Positions 1 through 13,449 of a stretch of 64,000 bases of DNA are shown piece by piece; positions within the stretch are counted from its first letter, which is position 1, and each line of letters starts with the position of its first letter. The notes below the pieces were generated by a model that saw only the letters and a program-made list of their open reading frames with translations, did not search any database and was not told the origin of the DNA. Made by a program: the position numbers and the translations under genes. This DNA comes from Lama guanicoe. Lineage: Eukaryota. The DNA lies in contig MU054212.1 in NCBI GenBank assembly GCA_013239625.1, positions 62,001 to 126,000 on the forward strand, given 5' to 3'.

Positions 1-19
1 TGTGGTTGTAAACCCAAAG

Positions 20-39
20 CATATATATATGTGTGTGTG

Positions 40-84
<45 letters not shown>
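20..84. repeat. Compound (TA)n(TG)n(TA)n(CA)n microsatellite
   Basis: Directly visible dinucleotide runs; 30-57 is a perfect palindrome. Confidence 0.95.
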
Positions 85-85
<1 letters not shown>

Positions 86-401
86 ACATTTATACTTTTT
101 AGGACTACTGTTAAAAGTATTGTTAAAAGTGATTGAAGTTACATAATGTTGAAAGATAGAAGAAAAGCTTGAAGTAAAATGTGGACTTCACAAAATGTTC
201 TGCCACTTGATGTTCTGAAAACATGCTCTGAGCGAGAGGCTCACAGCCCGCAGCAGGATCAGGACGTCCCAGAGGACTTGGAGTCTCTTAGTGGATCAGC
301 TCCGCCCTGTCCGGGACTGGGCTGTCCCCTGCTGGCTCCTGTTGCGTCTGGTCAGAGCTGGCAGAATGGGAGTTACTGACAGTGTCTGCGGACAGCGTAT
401 A

Positions 402-548
402 CAGTGACTGAAGTGCTAGATGTGGAGTCAGGCAGAGCACGTTTACATTTCCTATTCGCTTCTTGTTAGCGATGTGACTTTGAGTGAGTTAATTAATCTC
501 TCTGAACCCCAGTTAACCTTGTGGGCTTATTGTGAAGATTAAATACAT
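402..548 (+). mobile_element. MIR SINE fragment
   Basis: MIR core-like 'tgtgactttgagtgagttaattaatctctctgaacccc...ttgtgaagattaaat'. Confidence 0.75.
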
Positions 549-1338
549 GGACAGAAGGCCACTTCACTAACAACCCAACTTTCTCATTATCCTTTAGGCT
601 TTCAGGTACCCACATCCTTCTTTTCCAGATTGATCGGTATTCTTTCATCTTTACAGGCACCTTCACACCCCTTATCTTCCTTTCTTCATTGTCCTGGCCT
701 GGAAAGCCCTCAACCCAAGGCAGCCCCATCAAGTCGCTGTCGGGGTTTCTCCCAATTCTTTCACCTGATGGGTGGGAGGTGACGTTCACACGAACCTCAC
801 ACCTTTCCACCCTCACCTCCCTCAGCTCTCAGCACCGCTGGACCCCACTGGCTGCTCTCTTATTCTTGACTTCTTAACACCGCTTACAAATACCCCTTGC
901 AGTTCTTGGCTGCATTGCTCAGATTAAAACTGGAGTTTCTTCCTTTCCAAGAGTCTATGCTATGATTTTTTCACAGAAGCAGAACACAATGATTTTTACT
1001 GAAAAGCAAGCCATTCAGAAGACAGAAGTTCCTTCAAATTTTGAACAGAGACCCTCTGACCATGTCTCGAATAGAAGATCTACATTCTCACCATAAATTC
1101 TAGAGTCTTAGAGCTGCGGTTCCTGAGGACTTGAGGAAATTCAGAAGGCAAAGTCAGCAGTCCCTGAAACCCTCTGTGTCAGACTCAGAGTTGACCGTCA
1201 GCTGACTCCTCTTCATTACTCTTCAGAGGCTGAGCCTAGAGGAGAGACGTGGAGTGACTCCACCAGTGGTTCACAGGACTTCAGAGAGATTTATAAGTAC
1301 CTATTTGGTTTTCTTTCAGTTTCCATCAAGGTCTAAGT

Positions 1339-1640
1339 GGGAAGGGGTGGGGCGGGGAAGGCCCAGTCTCCAGGGTGTTGACTGACAGGGAGCAGACGTG
1401 ATTCATGGGTTAGCCTCTCCGTGAGAGAAACTCACAGGGCTTCCGGTAGCAACTGCCCTTTCGCACACGCTCCGCCAGTGCCCCTTCTGTTTGCAAATGT
1501 CTGCTTTCATTAGGAGTGCTTCTTTTTTTCAGTGTCTTTCACAGTTATTGTAACTTCCAGCTCTAGGGAAGAGTACGAAGGAGTTCCTGTCTTTGCCAGT
1601 AGTCCTGGAGGAAAACGCACCGGTCCTCAGAAATGAGTCA
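1339..1640. promoter_or_regulatory. Candidate promoter/enhancer motif cluster (GC box/G4, ETS, RFX, AP-1)
   Basis: GGGAAGGGGTGGGGCGGGG 1339-1357; CTTCCGG 1440-1446 overlapping X-box-like GTAGCAAC 1446-1453; TGAGTCA 1634-1640. Motif evidence only. Confidence 0.3.
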
Positions 1641-2924
1641 CTCACAATGTGAATTCATTGAGTAACTAAAGGCTGAATGATATGGGAAGAGTTACTCATA
1701 CACTGTAACACACACTCACTACCATCTGGCCTCTTCGTGCCCGCATGGCTCCTTACTCTAAACGAGGTTACTGGGAATTAATACATATGTATTAGGGGAA
1801 GGAGCAGTCCCTGGGGACATGAGCTAAACAGCACGGTGTTCTTCCCTAGGTAGACAACAAGGGTGCTTGGGGAAGCACTGAGTAATGGTTGAAAGATAAA
1901 TTACATACAGACGAGTCAGTATCTTGCCAATTAAGCTTCTTGAATAGGACATTTCTGAGAAAATGCTGGCATCTAAGCAGTTCAAAGAGTTAACTTTTAT
2001 TATGCTATTTCACAGGGCAGTTTCTTTCCACATGGACTTTCCTACAAATAGACAGCAGAAATATTTCTTTAAATTTACAAATAAAATGCTTTGAGGTTGT
2101 ATCCGTAGGAATGGCGGTCACCGAGTAGGAAAAACAGTCATCACACAAGGTGATGTTTGATAAAGGATGCCGCTACAATGCGGGCTATGCGTGGCCAACC
2201 TGCGCATTTCCATCCTATCATTAAAAGCAGAGGACTTGAGCAGATATTCTTGCACACTCTCTCTCTTATTCATATCAGGGCTATCTCTCTAAGTCCACGC
2301 TCTTAATTATTTATATAATGCCCATGCTGTGAAATATATATCCTGCATTATGAGCATTAGACAGTGCTTCTCCATGGCTTCTCTCACAGTGCTCTATCAA
2401 CCCACTGTATAAACAACCTCTCTCATACATAGGCCTGCATGATTACCCTGATGAATTGATTTTGTTCAGACCCTGTGTACGTATTAGAGCAATGTTTTAT
2501 CACTCTATAGATATATACACACACTCAATACTCACTGGTGTTAAGATAAATATTGTGACTTTGTGGAGAGAATGGCCTCATTGCATCAGATGGTCCTTAT
2601 CAGCCATGCAGATAGGAGCGCGCCAGCTTGTAGCTTGGTTGTCTGGCTGTTTGGGGTGCTTCCCCTTCTCATCTAACCCAGAAAAGGGCTCTGTTCTTCA
2701 TCAGATCAGATGGTCTAAGTCCATGTAGGATGGTCTATGTTGATGTGTACTGGAGAAATCTGAAAGCATCTTGTCTATTCTGTCAGTCTAGTTTGACGAA
2801 ATTTTTACTCCATTGACTTGCATTCATTGACCGCTTAGCAGTGTATCCTGAGCACTATGGGAAATATTAAAGGACAATACTCCTTTTAAAGAATGTAAGT
2901 GTACATGGCTGAAGATTGAAAAAA

Positions 2925-3915
2925 TTTTTTAAACAGCTTTATTGAGATAACTCGTCCAATTCATCCAGTTAAAGTATACAATTCAATGGTTTTTAGTGAC
3001 TTCATAGTTGTGTAACCATCACTACAATCAACTTCAGAATATTTCATTACCCATAAGATAGACCTTGTACCAAATGGCAATCAACTGCCCCCTCCCTCCT
3101 AATCTCCCATCCCCAGACAATCACTCATTTACCTGCTGTCTCTATGGATTTGCCTGATCTGGATAATTTATATAAATAGAGTCATACAATATGTGGTCTT
3201 TGTGACTGGCTTTTTTTCACTGTGCATAATGTATTCAAGGTTCATCCATGATGTAGCATGCATGTATCAGCACTCTACGCTTTTTCATTTTATTCCTTTT
3301 TTACAATGTAATAATATCCACATGTGTTTTCACTTGTCTTGGGTATGTAAGTAGGAGTGGAATTGCTGATAATTCTACATTTAATCTTTTGAGGAACTGC
3401 CAGACTGCTTTCCAAAGTGACTGCACCATTTTTCATCACCATTAGCAATATACAAGGGTTTCAGTTTCTCTGCATCCTTGTCAACACTTGTTATTATCTG
3501 TCTTTTTGATTATAGCTATCCAAGTGGGTGTAAAGTGTTATCTTATTGTGGCTTTGATTTGTATTTCCTTAATGATTAGTCTTTTCATGTGCTTATTGGC
3601 CATTTGTATACCTTCTTTGAAGAAATGTCTTCATATCCATTGCCAATTTTAAAATTAGGTCATTTTCTTTTTATCATTGAGTTGTAAGGGTCCTTTATGT
3701 AGTCTAGATACAAGTCCCTTGTCAGATACATGATTTACAAATACTTTTTCCCATTCTGTGGATTGTCTTTTCGCTTTCTAAATGGTCTCCATTGACGGAC
3801 AACATTTTTAATTTTGATTAAAATCTAATTTACCTAGGTTTTGTTTTGTCACTGTGTTTTGGTGTCATACAAGAAGACTCTACCTAGCCTCAGGTAATGA
3901 AGATTTACTCTTATG
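2925..3915 (-). mobile_element. L1 3' end, L1MB7/L1MB8-like
   Basis: Poly(T) then 'aaacagctttattgagata...aagtatacaattcaatggtttttagt', followed by antisense ORF2 C-terminal sequence ('ttgaggaactgccagactgctttccaaagtg'). Confidence 0.85.
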
Positions 3916-3921
3916 TTAACA

Positions 3922-4260
3922 TCTTCTATTTCTTGTTGATCTTTCTAGTTGTTTTATCTATTATTAAAAATTAAGATAGAAATCTCTAATTACTACTTTT
4001 GAATTATTCCTCCTTGAAATTCTGTCAGTTTTTGCTTCTTGTATTTTGGGGCTCTGTTGTTAGGTACATATATACTTATAATTGTTATAGCTTCCTGATG
4101 AATTGACCCTTTTATCATTATAAAATATTCTTCTTTGTCTCTAGTAACAATTTTTGTTTTAAAGTCTATTTTGTCTGGTATTAGTATAGCCACTCCAGCT
4201 TTCTTATGGTTGCTGTTTGCATGATATATCTTTTTCCAATCTTCTACTTTGTATTTTAAA
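3922..4260 (-). mobile_element. L1 ORF2 endonuclease fragment (degenerate)
   Basis: ORF 3993-4313 translates to WKKIYHANSNHKKAGVAILIPDKIDFKTKIVTRDKEEYFIMIKGSIHQE...YVPNNRAPKY, typical of the L1 APE endonuclease. Confidence 0.92.
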
Positions 4261-4264
4261 TATG

Positions 4265-5310
4265 TAAAAACTTCTACAGAACAATATGAAGATGGCAAAC
4301 AACCCATATGCATTTCGTATGACCCAGCGAGTCCATTCCTGAGTATATACCCAAGGTATATATGTGCTTATATTAAAAAAAAACAAGCACTAGATTGTTC
4401 ATATAAGCAGTATTTGTCATAATCTCAAGCTTAAAATAACCCAAATGTCCATCAACAGCAAAGTGGATAAGCGTTCTTCAGTATATGCATACAATGGAAT
4501 ATAATATTTCAATGAGAATGAACTGTATACAACCACACACATTAATGAGGCTGAATCTCACAAAGATAGTGAGTTAAAGAACATCAACACAAAAGAGTAC
4601 ATATGTATGAGTCTATTTAGATAAGGTAAAAAAAAAAAAACAGATAACATTAATCTATGCTCAGTCAGGATAGTGGTTACCCTTAGCTGGAAGGGAGAGT
4701 TACCTCACTCTCGAAGTTTGCCTCAGTTAGTGGAAGGGGAAGTGAGAAGGAATTCTGGAGTGCTGGGGTTAGTGCTTCTTAACCTGGGTGTTGGTAACTC
4801 AGGTGTGGTTACTTTTTAAAAATTAATTGATATGTGTACTTTTCTATACGTATGTTATGCTCTGATAAAAAGTGCCTTTTTTAAATCAAAAAAGACGTTG
4901 ATTTGAATAATATATGGAATGCCTTGTACTTTTTTTTAAAGCTAGCATGTATTGAAACTTGACAAAGATGGCACAAAAATTTTTGACTAAACTCAATTTT
5001 GAATATGGATACAAAACAAATAAAACACTAGCAAATCTAATCTAGCATTATATTAAAAAAAAGTTGATCAAGGAAATCAATGAATGATTCAATATTAGGA
5101 AATCTAAAAATATCATTGATCACATCAATATGTCAAAAGAGACAAACTTTATGTTCATCTTGACAAATGTCAAAAGCCATTTAACAAAATTCAATATGCA
5201 TTTCTGATAAAAAGTTAAATAAATTGCATAAAGTATACTTCCTCAACATGATTAAGAAGTTATCTCAAATCAGTAGCTTACATCATACTTAAAAGCAAAA
5301 CACTAAAGTG
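4265..5310 (+). mobile_element. Old L1 (L1ME-like) 3' end plus RT-region fragment
   Basis: 'tatgacccagcgagtccattcctgagtatatacccaag', 'aacccaaatgtccatcaacag', then 'aaaagccatttaacaaaattcaa...tttctgataaaa'. Confidence 0.75.
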
Positions 5311-5409
5311 GTGTTTTCCAAATTTGTTTTGTCAAGGAACATTATTTAAATGATAATATATTGAAGAACTACCAGTAGGAACCCATGACATATTTATAAT
5401 ACTATATTG

Positions 5410-6430
5410 AGATGGGACTTTTCTTGTTGACTCAGAGTTTCAGTTCCAAACCAAAGAACAAATAGAATAGTTGTTGATTGTCTCCACATCCTACACCTCT
5501 TGGAAGGTGCTAGATTGTCTATGCAGAATGAGCTAAGAAATTGTGAAATCCTCTGCCAGCATTAGGCTGTTACTTCCTCTAGACTGTAAGAGAAGACAAA
5601 GAATTCATTGTAGTTGAAGAGGGCTGTGTCGGCTTTTTTTTTTGGAATGGTTAGTAGGCCATGTATTTCTCCCATGGAGAAAGAGAAGAGGGTCTTCAAG
5701 CCAAGAAGTAGGTCTTCAAGAGTACAATCTGAAAAGCTTGACATGGGTCCCTGGTTAGAGAGAGACAGGAACTCGTGAGTTCCCCATGGGCCAAATTGAA
5801 TAAAGCTGGATTGTATCATCTTGAAAAAGATTCTGACCAAGGTGACTCCAAAGGAGAGATAAACCATTAGAAATCAAGATGCTGGTCATTAGTAGTTAGA
5901 GAAAGGGAGCTATAGGTGAGAGATCCCGGCAGTAGTCATGGGGGGTTGCAGAGGAGGGAACCCTAAAGAACTGACAGGAGTCCAAGAAAGAATGTGTCAT
6001 CACAAGGAGTCTACTGTGTGCAAAGGACATTTACTCCATGTTGCAACTGCACCAGCCAAGTAAGACTTTTCTTTCCCTTAGCTGTCTTCTCCTCTCCTAC
6101 CTTCCCCCAAACTCCCAGCCCATGCTCACCCTGGACGTGTTTGAAATAGCAGCTTGCAAACAGATAAGATGGTGGAGCCAGATAATGGAAAAGAAGTTAG
6201 CCAAAGTCCCCAACCCCCACTGCAGGCTTCCAAGAGAAAGGGAGACATTTTTACTCAGATGACAAATTGGAGATATGTAATTATTATACAGGACTGAACT
6301 TTCATTATCTAAAAAAGACCAGATAAACTATGGACATGATTGAGATTTAAGTTAGGAGTGAGGAAAAACAAGTCAAAGAATAGGTATGAAAGTCCTGTGG
6401 TGATAAGAAATAAGGTTGCCCTTTCTTAAT
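5410..6430 (+). mobile_element. Possible ancient Gypsy-type LTR (MamGypLTR-like)
   Basis: Weak resemblance of the 3' part ('ggactgaactttcattatc...agaaataaggttgc') to old mammalian Gypsy LTRs; from memory only. Confidence 0.3.
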
Positions 6431-6604
6431 GCTCATTCAGTAAATTCAATGCATATGCATGCACACATTTATGCATTTACAGATACATAATTTTTGCAAT
6501 CAATTATCAAAAAGTTGACTTACATGTTTTAAAACATTAAAACAGAGCTGAAATCATCAATACAATTCAGGGAAATAAATTTTGTTGTTAACTAAGCACC
6601 AAAT

Positions 6605-6727
6605 ACTTAGTGGATGGAGCACTTGTGGATACAGAGGACAGACTATGGGACTTGAGCATCTGCAGATTTTGGTTTCCCCAGTGGGTCCTGGGACCAGTCC
6701 CTCATGGACACCTAGGGACCATTGTAT
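6605..6727. mobile_element. TcMar-Tigger family MITE end
   Basis: 'gggacttgagcatctgcagattttggtttcccc...gggtcctgggaccagtccctcatggacacctagggaccattgta' matches a Tigger terminal sequence ending in TA. Confidence 0.75.
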
Positions 6728-7759
6728 ATCAACATAGATTAAAGATCTCTTGTATTTTCCCTTTTGTGCTATCCAGTAAGACATAAGTGATTAAAGTGCA
6801 AAAATATTGTTTGGGGTTTGCTCAGCTCACATCCAGTTTGTTTGATGTCTGCGGCTGCTAAATTGCATCCTCCCATACAATACAACACCAACCATACTCC
6901 TAAATTTTGTTTCATTGTAGTAGTACATGGAAACTCCATTTTTCACAGGTACCATAAGTAGGACAAGGAAAAAGATCACTAACAGCAAGATTATCTCCCA
7001 AAATCGCCTGAGGCCCAGTGGGGTCCAGTGGAGATGTCAGAGAATGTTCTGTCGCACGACACACACTGAGCATCTTGCAAATCTCTGTCTACAGTGGAAG
7101 GAAATCCAGAGGACAAATAACTTTCACAACCCCTTATTACCTGATATTTATTTGTTCAAGTTGGTTATTATTTCTTCTTGGAGAGTCTTCATCTGTGTTT
7201 TTAGAAACTACAGGATGAGACAGATAATCTTGTCTTTGAAGTTTTCTGACTTTGGGTCTGTTTGCTTAACATGCTTTCAAATCCATAAGACTGCTTTTTC
7301 TTTAATTGCTGACTTCCTTCTTTGATTCATGCTAAACTTCATTGCATAGAGAGAATAATACTAATATTTGTTCATTGTTAAGGGTCAGACACTGGACTGA
7401 ATCTCTCACAAATATAATTTAATGTAATGCTTAAATTTCATGGTAGACACCATTATTAACCATGAATGAGGAAGCAGAGGAGCAGAGAAAGTAATTTGTT
7501 CAGCCAAACTCCACTACTGCTCTCTATAGTCTCCAGTAAAAAACAAGACAAAATAGAACAAAACAAAAACTTATTTAATAAACAATAACACAAGTGAATT
7601 TTATAACATGACCAGTGATTATTAAATAGAAAACATGATGATGGTAAATAAGGTCTGTGCATCAGATATAAAGAATAAAGCTTATTCATTTATTTATTTA
7701 GGTATTTGATGCCTTCCCATGCAACTTTCTAGTTTTCTCAGATATCCAGAGTTTTAAAA

Positions 7760-8714
7760 TTATTATATTTTATTTTATTGTAAGAACATTTAACATGAGA
7801 TTTATCCACTCAACAGGTTTTAAAGTGTGCAATACAGTACTGTTATCCACAGGCACAGTGTTGTACAGAAAATCTCTAAAATTGATTGATTTCTCATAAC
7901 TAACACTTTATTGAACAGAGACTTCCCATTTTCCCCTCCTCTCATTCTATTTTTTGCTTCAGCGAGTTTGACCACTTTGGATACCTCATATGATAATGGA
8001 ATTCTGCAGTATCTGTTCTTCTGAGACTGGCTTATTTCCTTCAGCGTAGCGTCCTCAGGATTCATCCGTGTTGTTGCATATTGCAGCATGCCTTCTGTTT
8101 TAAGGCTGAACAACATTCCAGTGTATGTATATAAGAATTTTTAAAAATCCGTTCATTTGTTAATAGACATTTAAGTTGTTTCTACATCTTGGCCACTGTG
8201 AGTAGTGATGCAATGAATGTAGCAATGCTAATATCTCTTCAAGATCCTGATTTCAATTTTTAGATAAATATCCAAAAGTGGTTTTGCTGGATCATATGAT
8301 AGTTTTATTTTAAATTTTTTGAGAAACCTTCATACTATTTTCTGTAGTGGCTGCACCACTTTTCATTCCCATCAGCAGTGTACAATTTCTCTATTTCCTT
8401 GCCAACACATTTTTTGTTGTTTTGATAATGGCCATCCTGACAGATATGAGGTGATATCTCCTCGTGGTTTTCATTTGCATTTTCCTGACAGTGAGTGATG
8501 TTGAGCGCTTTTCATATACCTGTCGACCATTTGTATGTCTCCTTTGGAGAAGTGTCTATTCAAGTTATTAGCCCATTTTCCAACTGGGTTATTAGGGCGT
8601 TTTGTTTGTTTGTTTGCTGTTGAGTTATAGGGGTTCCTTACTTTGGAAATTAATTTCTTATCAGACATATGGTTTGATAACATCTTCTCGTGTTCCCTAG
8701 TCTGCTTTTTCACT

Positions 8715-8749
<35 letters not shown>

Positions 8750-8936
8750 TTTTCTTTGCTGTGTTGAAAGTGAGTTTGATGTAGTCTCACTTGTCCATTT
8801 TTGCTTTTGTTGCCTTTGCTTTTGGTGTCATGTTTAAGAAACTGTCCAGGCCAATACCATGAAGATTTTCCATGTTTTCTTCTAGGAGCTTTACAGTTTC
8901 AGGTCTTTTGTTTAAGTCTTTAATGCATTTTGAGTT
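7760..8936 (-). mobile_element. L1 3' region, L1MA9-like, with internal (TTTA)n expansion at about 8714-8752
   Basis: 'taagaacatttaacatgagatttatccactcaacagg...aatacagtactgtta'; - strand ORFs give L1 ORF2 C-terminal peptide (KWANNLNRHFSKGDIQM). Confidence 0.88.
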
Positions 8937-10540
8937 AAGCTACAGTAATTGAGACAGTGTGGCACTGGTAAAAGAATAGAAAAATAGAGCAATGGAAAAA
9001 CCAAAACAAAACAGGAAGCCCAGAAATAAGCCTACACAAATATAGTCAACTGATCTTTGACAAAGGAGCAAAGGCAATACAATGGAGCAAAGATAGTCTT
9101 TTCAACAAATAGTGCTGAAACAATTGGATATCTGTATAAAAAAAAAGAATCTGGAAACAGACTTTATATCCTTCTAAAAATTAACTCAAAATGGACCAAA
9201 GACTTCAATGTAAAATTAAAAACTGTAAAACTTCTAGAAGATCACACAGGATAAAAGCTGGATGACATTTGGTTTGGTGGTGACTTTTTAGATATGAAAC
9301 CAAAGGTGCAATCGATGAAAGAAATAAACAATAAGCTCGACTTCATCAAAATTAAAAATTTCTGCCCTGCAAAAGGCAGAATGAGAATGATAACACAAGC
9401 CACAAACTGGGAGACAATATTTGCAAAGACATATCTGATAAAGGACTATTGTCCAAAATATACAAAGAACTCATAAAACTCAATGACAGGAAAACACATA
9501 TCCCAATTTAAAAATGGGCAAAAGACCAGAGCAGATATCTCTGCAAAGAAGATGTGCAGGTGCAAATAAACATATGAAGAGACGTTCAGTGTTATATGTC
9601 TTTAAAGAATTGCAAATTAAAACAACAAAAAGAAAAATAAATAAATAAATAAAACAAAGAGATACCACTACACACCTATTAGAATGGCCCAAACCTAAAA
9701 CACTGAAGACATCAAATGATGGTGAGGATACGGAGCAGCAAGAACACTCATTCATTGCTGGTGGAAGTGCAAAACAGTACAGCCACTTGGGAAGATAGTT
9801 TGGCAGTTTCTCAGAAAACTAAACACACTGTTACCATACTATTCAGCAGTCATGCTTATTGGTATTTACCTAAATGAGTTGGAAACTTATGTTCACACAA
9901 AAACCTCCATACAGACATTTATAATTGCTAAAACTTGGGAACAATCAAGATGTCCTCCAGTAGGTGACTGGATAAATAAACTGTGGTATACATCCAGACC
10001 CTGGAATATTTTTCAGCGCTAAAAAGAAATAAACTATCAGGCCAGGAAAAGACCTAGAGGAAATGTAAACGCATATTACTAAGCAAAACAAGCCAATCTG
10101 AAGAGGCTTCATACTGTATGATTTCAAATACATGACATTCTGGAAAAGGCAAAATTATAGAGATAGTAAAAAGCTCAGTGGTCGCCAGGGGTTGAGGGGA
10201 GGTGGGGGAGAGACGGACAGGAGGAGCACAGAGAATTTTTAGGACAGTGCAATTTTTCTGTATGACACTATAATGGGGGATACATGTCACTATACATTTA
10301 TCTAAAGCCATGGAATGTACACCACCAGGAGTGCCTGTAAACTACACACTTTGAGTGATGGTGATGTCAGGGTAGGTTCATCTATCGTGACAAACATACC
10401 ACTCTGGTGTGGGGTGTTGATGGTGAGGAGGATGTGAATGTCTGGGTGCAGGAGGTATACGGGGAATCTCTGTATTTCCTGTTCAATTTTGCTGTCAATC
10501 TAAAATTGCTCTGAAAAATAAAGTCAATTTTTTTAAAAAT
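8937..10540 (+). mobile_element. 5'-truncated L1, L1MC1-like (ORF2 C-terminus + 3'UTR)
   Basis: ORF2 peptides (KINSKWTKDFNVK, KLDFIKIKNFC, QATNWETIFA); 3' end 'ggaatctctgtatttcctgttcaattttgctgtcaatctaaaattgctctgaaaaataaagtc'. Confidence 0.9.
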
Positions 10541-11257
10541 TTGTATTAGGAAACATATTTTACTTGCTAAGTCTGCTCAGTGGTCAGTAGCAGCCAAAGA
10601 CATGTTGATGAAAGAGATACTGTTCTTGACGTAAGTCAGAAGGCAAGTGTGCACGTCTTAGTATTTGTTTTCTCATACTACTACCACTACCTTTTAGAAA
10701 TAACTAATCCGCTCTGAGTTTTTTTTACTATCTGTGAAATGTGATCAAATGAAACTTAAGGAAGTTACTGTGTAAAAACTATAGACATTGCTGTAATAAC
10801 AGTAACAGGATCGCTTGCATTTTCTTCTTCTTTTGGTGTCCTTACGTTAACGGACACCCGCCACGCTAACATCAGATGGCCTTAGGTGGTCATTTGCTTT
10901 ATTTTGTTTTGTCTCAGCTTTGTGTTAAAAACTAACTTTAATGAATATTCCAGTACTTTGCTATTTCCTCAAAAGTCAGAACCAAAATATTTTGGTGGGC
11001 ATTTTTACGTGTCACATTTTGAGATGATTCTTTATTTTACTAATCGAAAGATTGCTTAAATACCTTACTAATATTGTAACAGTAATTGTCATGATGAATC
11101 TGTTTTCTTATGACTCAACCACATACAGAATTCACCATTCAGGGGATCATTTTCTTTTATGCCATAACAGAGCTCAAAAGAATAAATGTCATTCATGAAA
11201 GAATGAATGTCCTTTAAAGTCTTTCTTTAAAAGTTCCTTTTCAATATGTTGTTTCAG

Positions 11258-11319
11258 GGGGCAACTTTATACTTGCAGTCATATACAGAAAAGCAGCAAC
11301 TTCTAAATCTTTCCTGAAG
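11258..11319 (+). other. Exon-like segment (62 nt)
   Basis: Acceptor 'atgttgtttcag', consensus donor AAG|GTAAGT; one open frame GNFILAVIYRKAATSKSFLK. Confidence 0.4.
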
Positions 11320-12101
11320 GTAAGTATGGTGAGGAGAGAGTGATAGCAAGAATGAAGAAAATAAATGAGAACAGCTGCAGAAATGTCAGTGCTGGGAAAC
11401 CTCTCTTCCAATCATCAGAGGACTCTGCTCGACATTTCTGGTGGGGGTGCCCTCGTGCTGGATATCCCAGGGTCTGAGATGCGAACAGTTCTCAGGCCAG
11501 GTTTCTGTGTGTGGCCACGGACAATCTGCAATTGTAGATATGGCCCAGTCAATGTCCTTTCCAGTAGTAGCCTTTGCTGCCTTTCCCCAAGATACAGTAA
11601 CTTAGGTTACAGGTTACAAGTACAGTAACTTGGGTTAATTAATCTCCTAGGTATTCATGTCACTGCAAGATGAATCGCATCCAACTCTCCCACAAGGATT
11701 ATTACAAAATTCCTCAAAATTAGGAGGTACCTCATTCCTTAATAATAGTTGTCCATGTTGACAGTTCTGTCCTATCTTGGAAGTTAAATTCAGCCTTGCA
11801 AAGAGGTACTCTTTTTTTTCAATAAGAGGTAATGTTGGATAAATAACCCACTTGTTATTTTGATTATTTCAAGGCAAACTGGTCCTAAACTTAGAAATGA
11901 TTCTTAGCTAACAGTTTATTAAGAATGTGTTAGTGACAGTAAGCTACTCACCCTGCCCTCCATCCCAAAGGCTTATAATGAAATTCTACCAAGGCTCTGC
12001 CTCTCCAGACCCCACTGCATGATTCGTGCAATACTGCATGATTGCTGAAAGAACAATTTCAAAAGCACCACTTTGCAGAAGTGTCCTTCTCATTTCCATA
12101 G

Positions 12102-12164
12102 CATCTACATAGCCACCTTAAAGATGAGAAACCAATCTTGTTCTCTGCGGCTCTTTATTACTTG
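12102..12164 (+). other. Exon-like segment (63 nt, frame-preserving)
   Basis: Acceptor 'ccttctcatttccatag', donor TTG|GTAAGA; phase 0 reading HLHSHLKDEKPILFSAALYYL is stop-free. Confidence 0.42.
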
Positions 12165-13449
12165 GTAAGAAAGTTGGGGTCCTCGTTGGTTCCCAAAACA
12201 GAAAAAAAATGCTCCAATACAGAGGTGCTTCTTCCCTGGGCAGTTCCCAAGCTCATAAACACTGCTTGATGAACTAGCAGAATGCTTTTGCAAGTTTTGC
12301 AATCTGGTGTTGATTTACTATCTTCATCTCAAACTCTGCCAAATTATTATTTCACCGGGGAGGAAAACAGAGATACCACAAAGCGACACATATTCCTAAG
12401 AAACATTGGCAGGCAGCCCTTTCCAACCAGGAGCCTGCAGTGGCCCCCCTCTGTCTCTCCCAGAGGTGACAACATGTACCAGGGTTTCCTTGTAGGGTAC
12501 AGCAGGATCAAAGAAATGATTGTTCTTTCCTTATGTTCATTGAAAAAAAAAAACAACCTGATACTCAGTTTCCCCAGTGACGTAGGCCTGAGTGTTGGTG
12601 TGGTTTCCCTGCCATCTCTTCCATAATAGTGAAGGACAAGGGGATACCTTAACATGGTACGTGATAACTATCTGGTTGGGTGACTCAGGGCAACAAGGTG
12701 AGGAAGAATGCTGACACAGGGCACTGATGAGAAGCAGAGGCACAGAGGATGGGGAAGCAGCGAAAGATTTTCAAAGCCAGCAGGCTTAAGGTAACTCCTA
12801 TTATGGTGACTGTTGACAAAATGAATGGTGGCCTTCAAATACTAGACAGGAAGGAGAACCAAGGATGGTGACTCTGCAAAGACTTCTTTTACGACTCCCT
12901 TTGGAGACACTGGCAAACTCCCCTGTAGGTGCTGGGGTCCTGCTGACAAGTGTGAGGGGTAACATCGCAGGCAGTGAAGGAACAGCACTGCCAGCAGACT
13001 CCGACAGTACTGGCAACGTCAAGAGGGCAGGGAAGAAGTCACCCTTGAGAAAAATTTGTCTAAAGATGGAGAGGCAATAAGGATGTTGTGAAAGGATTTG
13101 AACTTAGGATCAAAGGATCTCGTTTGCATTCCCACCCTGCCTCTAACTGGCTGAGTGCATTTTGGCCAGCCTCGTCCGTACTCTGAGCCCCAGTCACAGC
13201 TTGAGAATGCTGACTGATGTCAAGGTTTCCTTCAGGAATGGTGATGTTATGACGTCGCTAGAACTGACTGGAAGCTCTTAGTGCAAACGTGTGGCACTGT
13301 GGAACTACCACAGAGGTTCTAACTGCTGCTGGAGCTTGCCAAGACATTGTTATCTTGCATTGTAGGAATTGAAATTTTCCTGTGCCCATCAAGGCAGTGG
13401 CTCATTGGCTTTCTTTCAGTATCTCAGTCTATGCAAAACATTTTCCCTA

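Noticed and set aside
6927..7325. 132-aa ATG ORF after an acceptor-like site
   Set aside because: No recognisable family or good donor; composition is compatible with chance.
7760..10540. Head-to-head L1 pair as a single twin-primed insertion
   Set aside because: Each half has its own, different 3'UTR and tail (L1MA9-like versus L1MC1-like), so they are two independent insertions.
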